From positions 3,854,698 to 3,918,697 of the forward strand of contig OZ037765.1 in assembly GCA_964035545.1 (NCBI GenBank): 64,000 bases of DNA, given 5' to 3'. Shown one piece after another: positions 45,537 to 58,500 of the stretch (position 1 is the first letter of the stretch; every line of letters begins with the position of its first letter). The stretch is from Bugula neritina. Taxonomy: Eukaryota; Animalia; Bryozoa. The notes beneath the pieces are model-generated. The model was given only the letters and a program-made list of their open reading frames with translations. It did not search any database and was not told the DNA's origin. The position numbers and the translations under genes are program-made.

Positions 45537-48500
45537 TTAAAATAGTTTTGTGTTAAACCATTCTCCACCCACCGGCATTAGTATCAAAATACCCAAAGTT
45601 GCACAACTAGTAAAAATTAAATAAATCACAAAGAATAGTCTGTCGAGAACAATAGCCAGAAGTTTCCACTCCTCACTTATACTGTTTTGTCTCTCTTTGC
45701 GTCTCCTGTACTCTGAAAGCTGTTGAAGCTCCCTAATCACAGAGTCGTTGGTGCAACCTCTTTGCTTCGAACAATTCTTTTCCTGTACCGACTTTTTTCG
45801 TAATTGTTTTAAAGTTGTGTAGTTGTCCTCCTTGTCATCCACTAGACACAAGCAGCTAGCAATATCCGAGTTTATCACAGGGATCTGGGTCGTTAACATG
45901 TCAAGGTCATAGCGTTCTATGCTCGCTTCATGCTTTGCGAAACTTGCTATGACATCATCGGCGCACAAATATTTTGACAAATAGTTGAACATAAAGGTTT
46001 TCAATCTTGGTGGTATCTTTTGTACGAGAGGTCCAGAATGGTGCATTTTCAGTACTACTATTGTCTGTATTGTAGCTATTGAGTTGAGGGACATTGTCAC
46101 AAACAAGTAAATTCCTAAAAAAATGATAGTTGAATCAAAATCATGTATGGTAAACGTACAACATGATAAATTGTTAAAAATCATAATGCAATTTGAGCTA
46201 GCAGCGTGCATAAGCTAGTAATAATAATTAATTTTAATAGCTTTACTGTGTGCAAGTAAAGAAAACTATTAGAAAAAACAAAGAAAAGTTACCTATCAAA
46301 GGAATAGATTCTGAAGTCTTGGGCATATTCTCAGCTACAAGTAACATAAACACGGAGAAAGCCAGCAACACGGTTATTCCTAGAGTTATCTTCTCTCCGC
46401 TGTCTGGAGGTAACCAGAAGGTCAGTGTACTGAGTATAGAGAGCCATAGACATGGGAAGACAATGTTAAACATGTAGTACAGCACTCTGCGTCGTGCTAT
46501 GAAAGTATATGTAACCAAGGGATATGGTTCCGCACAGCAGTCGTAGATGAAACCACTTCTGTAAATGTTAAAATAGCAAGAGTACAGTATAATCTGGTAA
46601 AGAGAAGTGGCGGAATACAAACAGATCTTGCTGTCAACTCAATTATGTGGTAAATGTTTCACTCTTCAAAAATCCCAATAACACAATCTAATGCATGTGG
46701 TTTGCTGTATGTATGAATGATATGAAAGATTGAAAGAGCATATGGTGCATTTATAAATATACTTTTACCTAAAAAAAGTTCCAATTTTCAATTAATTTCA
46801 CTCGTTCGAGTACCCCTTTAAAATTTTACTGAAAATCGTTGAAATTATGTTGATGCTGAAACTCACTTTCTAATAGTAAAATATAAATGTAATTTTAGAG
46901 ATGATAAAAATACTTCATGTATGCTATTATGTCAACCTGGAGCATACCTGTTCACAATGACTGCTGAAAGGTCCCATTCACCATTGGACAGATAGTTGGC
47001 CATATCCGTTTCTGGTGACAGTACTGACAAATTCACCTGTGTGCCATCGTATATCCAAGAACCAAACTTGAGGATGCATTTTTGAACATCAAAGGGGAAG
47101 AACCTGACGTCTATGTGACAAGAGGCGTGATATCGGCTAGGGGGCCCCCAGAACACCTCCCCACTTGAGCTCACTGTTATCTTTGTTTTCACACCTTCTT
47201 TATAATCTTCTGCACTGCAGTATATCAACAGGAAATTGGTGACTTGGTGATTCTTTTACCCACATCAATTAATTTAAGTTTTTAGGGTTTTAAAGTCAAG
47301 TAACCTTGTGACTTGTCCATACAACTTAATTTATACAAGTCTTCTAGTTTTGTATTACAGTTATGTAAAGTAAACTCAGTCTTTCATTCAAGTATGACTA
47401 ATAATTATACTTGAAAGATGAAAATCATATATCACAAGTTGTTTTTCACCGGCTTTTTTTCAGTATAGTATAAACTAAACTGTGCGAATGACTAAGTTTA
47501 ATTTTGTTATACATGCTGGTAACATCGTAATAAATAAATCACAGTTAATGCAAGAGTCTAAATAAGATTTTCAATGAATATCATCAATTTCCTCAAAATT
47601 GTTTTGATTGAATAAAGTACAACAAAACTAATATATTTCTGCACAGCAGCTGCAGCAGATAAATTGTTTGCACAAAAATAAAGTAAGAATTCAAAAAACA
47701 CATTGTTTTTCAATGTATGGGTTTTAATGATGGTATGCCAATGCTATTTGTATAAGCCAGGAGAATTTGTGTTTAGTTTAGGTATGCATATATGTATTGT
47801 CACCTGTTATACAAGACAATATCGGGCAGCCAAATTTCATTCTGTGGAATTCTTAATTTATTCAGGTTGTTGTATTTTCTGGGGTCCCATGTAAGCCTTT
47901 CATCTGTCCATACCTGTGCAAGAATTGAAAACATATTGAAGTTGTAACCATTGTTTGTCTTTTCTCATGCATGATAAGTCTAACTTAAAGAACTAGCAAA
48001 TTATGAATGTATCGCTTGGAGTCGACAGCTATATTAATTTGTGCAGTGTTTCAAGTTCAATACTTCGCACACTTTTCAAGACATTTAATCTTAACTTGCA
48101 AAATATTTTACATAAATACAATTTTTACCAAAAACATTATCATTTTGAAAAATATTGCTTAGTGATAATTTTACCTTAATTTAAAAAGATAGTTTATACA
48201 TAATATATTATATTACTTTAGCACTAATTTTTAAATTTATTACTTTTTGACAGCAGTATTTTCACCACAGTTAGCAAGAATTGAATGCATTTAGTACCTG
48301 CTTCTATAAATCTACTGGCTAAAAGATATTAAAAGCTTTGCTATTGAGCATTAACTTGAAAAATCTACTGTTACTTACCTGGGACAGCCAGACATTTATG
48401 GTGAATACTTGGTTCACTTCATCCTATAAAACATAATTTAATATAAAACTGTGTTCTGTTTATGCAAGGTGCAAAGACCACATAAAATGCTCAGCACTTC

Positions 48501-49917
48501 TCAACACACCCATCTGCTTTTGTTGACTAACTAGTCACATGATTCTTTCGCACAGAGTAAAACTATAAAATTTTAGCTTAAGATTCAAAGTGATTATTTT
48601 TCAAAATATTTTTTCAATTCAGTAAAATAAACTAACTCACTCTTCTGTGGTAGGATTATAGTCTAAATATATTATGATCACAGTTAGCATCTAAGTTTAT
48701 AGAGAGAGAGAGGGTGTTACGGCCACCCTTACAGGACTACAGTTGTGTGAGTGACAGTATACTATTTGAGCAATATAGACAGTTTATTAACTGTATCTCA
48801 GTTTAAATAAAACAAGTCAAGTGAACTAAAATATTTTCTTTTGATTTTTTAACAGCTAGGAAGTTGTTACAATTCACTTACATAATATGAAGTAACATTA
48901 TTATATTATAATATAATGTACCATTATAACAGTATACAACAGTATTATTATAAAATAATTTGATTGTGTTTTCGTCAAATCTTACTAATAAAAATACCAT
49001 GCTTCTACCATGAAACTGGCACAGTAAATATTGTGCTTTAACAATCAGGTCTTATAAAATCAATTATATGTCTAGCAGCAGCAACAGCAGCAGTAACAGC
49101 AGCAGCGGCAAGTGTTGCAGAAATATATACAGTGCATAATCAAGATTTAGCTCCTAGGGTTTAAAAAATAGATGGAAGTATTTTGTCAACAGATTTACAT
49201 CAAAACATGCTAGTCTAATTCCTCAAGGACACTGTTAATCTTTGTGGTTATGAATTTGGTTACCTAACATGTAGCTAATGAAGTAAACAACTTAATTATG
49301 TAAAGGACTCACTCACTTCTAAGTTTTTAATAAGTAGAGAGCGGCTCAAGCATGTCTGCTGCAACAGCATTGATTTTTTATTATAAACCTATCAAGGCCG
49401 ACATCAACACTCAATCTATTTTACGTCTTGTAATTATTTAGCAAGTTAAGAGTTTTAACAGAATAAAAGTGAGTCATTCTACATGAATGCAATATGCAGA
49501 GCTTCACAGCTCATGAACAATTAGCACATTAAAGTAATATTTTACATTTTCTGCAGGCTTTTAATTAGCAATTTATTTTTAACTTGAAACTTAAATCAAG
49601 AGCACACAACTAACAAACGCAAACACCCACCTACCCGCTCACTCATCCAACTACCTGCTCACTAATCCACTTACCCATCCATCTGCCCACCCACCTACAC
49701 ACACATACACACGCACATGCACACACCTACCCATCCACAGACACACACCCACCCACCCACCTACCCATCCACACACACCCACCTACACACACATACACAC
49801 CCACCCACCCACCTACCCATCCACACACACCCACCTACACACACATACACACCCACCTACACACACATACACACGCACATTCACACACACACACACATCT
49901 ACACACAAACTCGCACA

Positions 49918-49974
<57 letters not shown>

Positions 49975-50692
49975 CACGCACACACACGCGCACACACACG
50001 CGCACACACGCGCACATGAACATGCACATGAACATGCACACGCGCACACAGTGCTAATGGTGGTACTTATAGAGCAAGTAAGGACTTGGTCTTTGTTTAA
50101 AGAGAGAAGCAACACTTACCAGATCTGATATCTGAATAGGAGTTATCCCAAACAACACCTGAACAGTATGTGATGAATTGAGGACAGGTCGGGCTCTGTT
50201 GTCATAGCGATCTAGTAAATGTTTGATGAGATGAACCTCATCTGTGTACGTCACATTGACATCTAAAAGTATATAGCTTATGAAGTTTAATGCATATAAC
50301 AGAAGATGTCAAACGTAATGCCCTAAATATGGTACAAACTCTAACTTTGATTAATACAATAAATTTCGTTAAACCAATGAGACTATCCAGTTTCAACTTT
50401 TTAACAATTATTAGCAGAAGCCTTTCCCAGCCATTCTACTGCCTCATAATAAATTTGTAACAACAAATTCAATTTGCATTGTGAAGTACTCCTAAAGATC
50501 TTTACCCACTGTAGGCAGGTTTTACAATCAAAAAGCATTTAATAAAATTTGTAGGTAACTAATGCGGCTTCAACTATGAAAATAATTAAATAGTTTAATT
50601 TTTATATTCTTACCTGCGCTGCTCATTGCAAACATTTCAAAACCTAAAACTATTATAAAACATGTTAAAATGCTCAAATGTCTTCTCATCAT
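45537..50692 (-). CDS. nAChR alpha-type subunit F (alpha9/10-like)
   Basis: Exons 50692-50614 (signal), 50262-50120, 48423-48379, 47913-47804, 47214-46948 ([23 protein letters not shown]), 46558-46293 (loop [11 protein letters not shown]; M1-M2), 46114-45537. Confidence 0.95.
49620..50050. repeat. Compound (CA)n/(CACC)n microsatellite
   Basis: Direct reading; lies in intron 2 of gene F. Confidence 0.95.
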
Positions 50693-51680
50693 GTCGTTTA
50701 TAGTACGTCCTTCCTGGTTATGCCAACTAAACCTGCGTAATATGTGACATGCGAACTAGTGATGAATGCATTCATTTCATTAGTTCCGCCCACCTCTAGT
50801 TTGTAGCTAATTGGTTTAAGTGTTGAGAGAAGATTTAAGGAGTGCAGAGTATATTAGAAGTTGTTGTCTTGCTGATGGTTAATTACACTTTAAGTAACTC
50901 AATGACTTCCACTCGATACATTGAGTTCTAATAAAATTAGGCTAATAAAAGGGACCAGCCTACGGATTAATTTACATGCTCTCTAAAATCTTTTATAGAA
51001 ATTACACCGTAGAGTGTAGAGGTTGATGCTTGAGCTGTTGCCAATAAATTTATTCATCATCTTCAAGGCTGGAAGCATAAAAATTGTAATTCTGAAATGT
51101 TGTTTTTTTTCAAATAAAGGAAAGAATGTTGAATTTAAAACCTACAGTTAGTTAAAAATGTGAAGGCCGCATTCAGTGCGTAAATTAATTCTAGTCTTAA
51201 CAAATTAACAAGGAGAAAATATCTTTTAGACTACTATTTTATATGCTTTTAGAACATTGCATCAACTGGCTATGTTATGTATTTAGGATTTTCTTTTATA
51301 GCTTGCTATGTCTTACTTTGTATCTGAAGCTTTCTTCTAGCTATAACCTTAGCTTCCTGTGTGTCTACAGTGCTTTTTTCCTATTTACCTTTTATTATTG
51401 ATGTGATATCATACATGGCTATTTTCTGCAAAGTTTTAAATAAGCAAGGCATTATTTAATTTATGTTCAATGTTTATTTTTCATTAAGATTCATCTTGAG
51501 TACCACATATACTTTATCTATTTCATTTATTGTTGTATTAGAATTGAAAATCAATTACATAACATAGTTAGAAAGTTACTGTGTCAGCAATAAATATATA
51601 TAAAACAATTACTATTTACAGTTCCAAAAGATCATAAATTGAGTGAATATAGAGAACTAAGGATTTGAAACAACTGCACT

Positions 51681-54525
51681 CTATGCCTCTTCAACAGATG
51701 GGCCATTACTTGCAATCTTCGGCTTGTTAGGATTGTTATCTATCAGCCAATCAGCAAGCCACACCTGGAACAATAATAAAAGACAATAAGGTTGATGTCA
51801 TAAATTAAAATCCAATAAAATAAATATAAAATTTATCTAATAATTTAAAATTGCAGTTGCAAGAATATAAAAAGATTCTAGTGAGCTAAAATTTCAAACA
51901 GTGTTTTTACTAAAATTTAAAATCATTTCTACCAAAACAAAAGATGATTATTCTCACGCCTAACAAGCAATGCATGCTTACTGCCGCTTGCAACTTGACA
52001 ATTTAGAACCAACTAGAAATGAAATCCTGGGCTTCTGGTAACTACTGGTTCAAAATTCCATGTAAATTTAAAGTTAGCAATTTTTATAAAATCTATAGCA
52101 AAATAATTACAATGTTATTTTGTCGTTCTACAGGCATTAGGCTGTCTACAGGAAAACTATATGTACTAAATACAAAGTAATAAATAGAATCAAGATACTA
52201 ATATAAGCTGTTTTAGAAAAAAGATAGTCAATATTGTTGAAATTATCGAAAGAATTCTCTTTAACACACACTATATGCACACTTACCACTGGATCTTCTG
52301 GCTTCTGCTTACATAGTGCTGTCAATCCTTTCAGGAGTGTTGGGTTTATCTAAACATATAATTTTATTATTAGTAAGTTTCTATAATACCTATAAGGTTT
52401 GTGTGATCAATATTTAATGATAGATAGAATGTCTAAAACATTTTCTCCAATAGCATAAACGTAGCAATTATAAAGTACCATATTGAATGCAACTAGCAAG
52501 GTTTAAGACTTAAAATCAAGTTAAAATGCGTGTCACATTTAAATGAGACAAAGCTTGTGTAGAAATTATTTGAAGCTGTCTATTCTAAGCACTATATTTT
52601 TTATATTCTTGTTTAATCTTTTGCACGGTTTGTTTCAATATATGGCTTATAACATATATAGTATAGAAGGTATTATATGCAGCATATACAAATCAATAAG
52701 GCATGTATAGTATATAGTTATATACAGCATATAGCATATAAGACAAATAATATAACATATAAGGCAGATTGAACAATAAAAAATACTGTAATACTAACTG
52801 TTGAATAATGCTTGCTGGTAAAACCCACCTCATGCGAGAGATAATCTTTGGCAGCTTGACCAGTGGGAACAGGTTCTATGATGCTGTCAGGGAAGAAAAA
52901 TCTTATTTCTCTTTCTGCACTTGAGAATGAGTCACTTCCGTGCAGAGCATTCCGCTGGTCGTCCGTTCCATATATGGCTCTTAGACTGTAAAGTTGTATG
53001 TTGAATCAAATAAGTGCAACGTATGACTTAGAATAGTAGAATCGAAGCGATTGTTAGCCATTGTAAATATCATAAGTTGAACACTACAATTGTTTTTTTA
53101 TCTTATGGATTTGTTTAGTTGTAAAAGTTATAGTGATAGTGGCAGTTTGGCCGTGAATAGCATAGTAGTAAAGGTTGAATAAATGACAGAGGTGTTGGTA
53201 GTTTTCATGCCACAAATAACTTTAGCAACAACCATTTAAGTAACATTAGTGTATGAGTTTGTAATAATTAGGCAGTTTTGACTGTTGTAGAATAAAAGGC
53301 AACAGGTAATTCTGACTTAATGCTGACTATTAATACTACAAGTATTTCTTAAAATAATTATTTATAACAACTAATTAGCATTTCAGATATTAACTAGTTT
53401 TTGTACTGACAAAGTCGAAAGTTCAGCAACAGCTGCTGCACCATTCAGTTGAAATGCTGTCACATGCTAGATTTTAATCACTTTGAGGACGTTTAATTTT
53501 CTTAATGCTACTTCATGTTTCATGCATTGCATTTTTGAGGACAGCTGCTGTTTGCCTGCGTTTCTACCTGCGCCTCCTATCAGCACTCTGCTGCCTCAAC
53601 ATATTATTTTTAACCTAAAGCATAATCTATTTTTAGAACTGACTCATTTCCACACTTACCAATCAGGATGTGTTTGTCGAGCTTTAAGTGTGTTTGTAGG
53701 GCCAATCAAATCTCTCCAGTGAGCAATAGCTTTTTCTCGAGCAAGAGCGAGTGCAATAATTGGTCCACTACTTATATATGCCACTAGAGATGGGAAGAAT
53801 AGTTTCCCATAATGCTCAGCATAAAAGTCACTAGCTTGTTCTGGAGTCAGTTGAACTCTACGAGTCTGGTAATAAAAATTAACACCAATCATTTGCTAGG
53901 TTGCAAAAAAACTTAAAGTTTGCCAGGCAGAAAAATTCAAAGTCAGTAAACAAAATTAAAAAACAAGTATCAATAAAATTAAAATTAAAAAAAAACGTTA
54001 TTCTTCGGTATCATTTTTACTGCCTTTATCACAATCAGAGTTTGGATACAAATTTTACTTTCACTAGTACTGCAAAAATAAATAAATTAATTTTATTAAA
54101 GAATAAGCTTCACTTTGAATTTTTTTTATAGCATTTACTTTTAGGAGTAGTTACTCGTTTCAAGCAAGATAGAAATCAAACTCAAAATCGAAAGTAGGTA
54201 TCTTTAGAATGTTAACCTAAGCAGATAAGCCAATTAAAAGCAAAACTATTTTTTTTGCGTTTACTTATTTTTTGAGCACTTGTAGGCGTAACTGTTATCT
54301 GTGACTACGGCGCTGCTATTTTAACTGCAGTTGAACAGAGTGAAATATTTTTACATAATATTTACGTTTTGATTTACTTACACTCAAAATTGAAAACCCA
54401 GTTCGCAAAATAATATCTTTGATTTCTTCGTATTTGTGTGTAGCGTCTGGTTTAATAATAGCTAGAGTTCGTTCTATAAATATTTTAGGCAATTCAGGAA
54501 CAGGGTAAATTTCTTGGGCTGCCAT
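51681..54525 (-). CDS. NME5: Nucleoside diphosphate kinase homolog 5 (NDK domain plus Dpy-30 motif; radial spoke protein)
   Basis: Exons 54525-54382 (ERTLAIIKPDA), 53865-53660 (FYAEHYGKLFFPSLVAYISSGP), 52985-52829 (LRAIYGTDDQRNALHGSDS), 52349-52287 (NPTLLKGLTALCKQKPEDP), 51764-51681 (WLADWLIDNNPNKP). Confidence 0.96.
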
Positions 54526-54606
54526 GTTGACAATCTTGGAAAAGAAACTTCGTTGACAACGCAGATACAGCTAGATCACTTTACTAATGGCATAACTATT
54601 TATACA

Positions 54607-54619
54607 ATCGCTAGGCAAC
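54607..54619 (-). promoter_or_regulatory. Candidate RFX X-box of NME5
   Basis: GTTGCCTAGCGAT on the minus strand, ~80-95 bp upstream of the ATG of a motile-cilia gene. Confidence 0.55.
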
Positions 54620-55565
54620 AACTCTTGTTGGTATTTCGAAATAGTTTACGAACTTCTTTGGAAAGATAACTCCTAATAGAAATATTGGGCTAATAACTTT
54701 AATTGAGATATGAAAGCGACAATTTTTCAAGGCTTTGAGTTTTGTAATTTAAATAAACTCATTTTACTTGATTGGAGTACAACAGAAACCAAATTTATAC
54801 AAATATCCAACATTCAAGCTATGCAATATTTAGGAATACCTATGAATTTACTATTTTTTTTAATATATAATAATATAATATTAATATAATCATGAATAAG
54901 TATTAGTAGATGTTGTTATCCATCATATTACTAACAGCTAATTTAAAAGCAAATAACTATAACATCATATCATGGCTTCAAATCACAGTATGAATTACTT
55001 TGTGGTCTGAATTTTAGATTACTGAAACTAATCAGAGATAAAAAGCACCAATAAGTTATAATGGAAACTAAGACTTTTATTGTTATCATTAAAAATTTAA
55101 ATACAAAAAGCAGCTAATTCAATAATCTTATAGACATGTCATAAAAAGTAAAACCAACGAATGAATGCGAAAAAATCAACCTTAGGAGTTTAAAGGGCAG
55201 ATGTGTCCTAAAAATAGCTGTTTATTATGCTGAGCTTTGAAATGCAATACAGTTTAAATTGAGTTCCCATTAATTTTGTTCACCAGAGTTGAAAAATGAC
55301 GATAAAAATTCATCAGACAACCAAATAGGAAACTGTGATATGGAAAAATAAGAGCAAGATATTTTACAATATAGACATAAAACAAGCCATCATTTGGCAA
55401 TTCATTTTCAAACATTATAGAATGGCATATAAAAATAGTTATAAATAGGGTTTTGATTCACAGCGAGAATACTGCAGATGGGGATTATCCAACCAGATCG
55501 TTGGACTGACTAGTTCGGATGGCACTGAGACGTTAGCCGAAAGATCTGTGTAATAAAATAAACTA

Positions 55566-58500
55566 TCAGCTATATTTAGCCTTGGTTCTGAGAGATGAGA
55601 ATGAACCTTGACTAATGAGTGACTTAGCACTTTTAAATGCGTCTTTACAGTCAAAAGCTTTAGGGATCACTCCGACCCCCACCCCACCCTCGTGTGCAAC
55701 CATAGGAGGAGCTAGAACCCATTCATCTAGTGTAGGATCATACATCTCCACGCAGGTCAGGTTGTTCTGGCCATCATAACCACCTGGTAGACAAACAAAC
55801 ACGTGAAATACAAAATGATCTTATGATTAGATTTATTCTACGCCTTCACTATAACACATTAAGTGCCTTAACTGTGTTGAAACAATGAAATACTATAAGG
55901 TTTAGATAGAAAACTCTAAAATATAATCAACAAAATAGTAATTCATATAAATATATACATATACGTATTTATTTAACACTACTTGACACTCTTTTTTTCC
56001 ACAAGAATATTTAATTATTCAATAAAAACATGACAAATAAATACCAAGAGATGCACAATAACATCCCTGGAACAGTGGAGTTATGTACACCAGACAATAC
56101 AGTTATTGTCGAGTACTGCAAGAGTTAACACGGAGAAATATCTCACCAATGGCATAGAGTTTCCCACAGCTGGCCACCAGAGCCACTCTACTTCTCGGTA
56201 CGGTCATGGGTGCCACTGACTTCCACTTGTTTAGTAGAGGGTCGTAGTATTCACAGGTCTTTAGAAATCGCTGTCCATCATAACCACCTAAAATTATTCG
56301 TAACATGAGGGAACATAACTCCACATAATTGTATGCATAGAACTTTGTGTTGGCATTCCAAGGCAAAGTACAGCCGCATGGCAACAACATATTTGCATAA
56401 AACGAATAAAAATAAAAATAAATCCTAATATTAATTCCCCACGTAGATATGAAATATTAGATTTAATAATAAATAAAAACTATTTCAAGATGCACCATAA
56501 GATACAAAAGCATTTTATTCAAATAACAATATAAAATAAACAACTTGAATGAATGAAGGCTAAAACTTACTTGACTTACAAATTAACGCATGTTAAATTT
56601 CTATGATACAAATGCATCATTCAAATGATTATTGGTAACATTACTAGTGAATCAGCTCATGTAGGATATAGACTGAGTACCTGCGGCGTAGAGACGGCCG
56701 TTCAGAGCCACCGCTCCTAGTCTGCACCTCCTTGACTGCATTGGACAGACAGACACCCATTGCCTGGTGGTCTTGTTATAACACTCAACCTTGACATTTA
56801 ATATAACCAGTCACAGCGGAACAATGAAAGCTAATATGTTGTCTTACAATTTAATTCTAGCCTGTCTATTATGAATTTATCCAACAATAGTGTAACAATA
56901 AAATACAATAAAACTTAAAAATATTATATTACAAATCTTCAGACTTTAATTCATCAAAATTTCCACAACAGTTGTATGCATTTAAAAAAGTAGATGCTAT
57001 TAAATTTGTTTGTAATCAATTATTAATAGTTATCCTCTTTCCTCTATTACAGAGTTTCAAGAGGGAATAACTTCAAAGTATAGTTCACTTTACCACTGTT
57101 CTACTTGTGAATGTAACTCACAGAGTCAAATATTGACAGTCCGTCATGCCCTCCCAAGGCATAGATTTTACCATCGAAAGCAACAATACCGGCAGCACTC
57201 CTCGGTCTCGTCATCCGGGTCAGCGACCGCCATCTGCAACATTCCCGACACTAACAGCTAACGGGTTTATTTAATAAGTATCGGTGTTTCCACTCTTTCT
57301 TGATAAATAAAGATATCTTATCATTGAAGCCACTCGACACAGTTTAACCAAAGTGCTTTAATTTCAGGAAAGTTAAATTACAAAAGCTGCAATCATAAAG
57401 TTGATAGATCGCATTTGAATTGGTATTAAATCAGCTTTTAGCTCTTTTTTATTCATTAAAATTTATTCTCACAGATGATTCAATTGTAATCTTACAATTT
57501 ATTTTATCAACAGTAAAAATAACTTGCTGTCAATATTAACACTGAAAATAACCGATTAAATAAACTGTGCAAAAAATAATTGATATAAACAGTATATAGC
57601 ATAGTATACAGTATATAGTATAGTATATAGTATAGTATACAGTATATAGCATAGTATATAGTATAGTATAGAGTATATAGTGTAGTATATAGTATATAGT
57701 ATATAGTATACAGTATATAGTATAGGATACTTGACACTGACTTGTTAGAGGTTTTAGTGTAACACTCGACTGTATCTAGTGACGTCATCCCATCAAACCC
57801 TCCACAGACGTAGAGTCTACCATCCATAGAAGCTGCTCCAAGAGCACTACAGCAATATGTATGTCTATGTATTGATGAAATACACTAAGTCAACATAGAA
57901 TGTGTAGCTGTAAACACGTGTACTACATAGTCATGGTTGTGGTGGGTATTGGGTTCCTCTAATTATTGAACTGAGGTGGAATTTTAAATGTTATGCTACG
58001 AGTATGTAAACATTCAAACAAATGACTTTTTAAATTCAAGCTTTGATTGCCGAACCAATCTAACTATCTATGATAATATTTGACTATGAATCAAGTATTG
58101 AAAGCATTATACAAATTAAAAAAAATTATACAGAGTCCATACAAACTAGTCTTTCATACACAATACCATCAACAAAGTATTCAGTATAAACTGATTTTCA
58201 GTTTATATATAAAAAATCCTATCATATATACAATATATAAAAAGTATATATAATATAAATATGTCCAAACAAGCCTCAGTAAAACACTGATAAAACTAAC
58301 CTGCGGGGACATGTCAAGGGGGCTACGGCTTTCCATTCCATAGTTGAGGGTTCAAACACCTCAACAGTGTCAAGTCGGGCCGTGCCGTTGTACCCGCCAA
58401 TAGCATACAACTCCCCGTCTAGAACACTGACTCCAACACGACTACGTAGAGTTCGCATGGGAGTAGACTTGGTCCATTTACCAACCAGAGGGTTGAATAT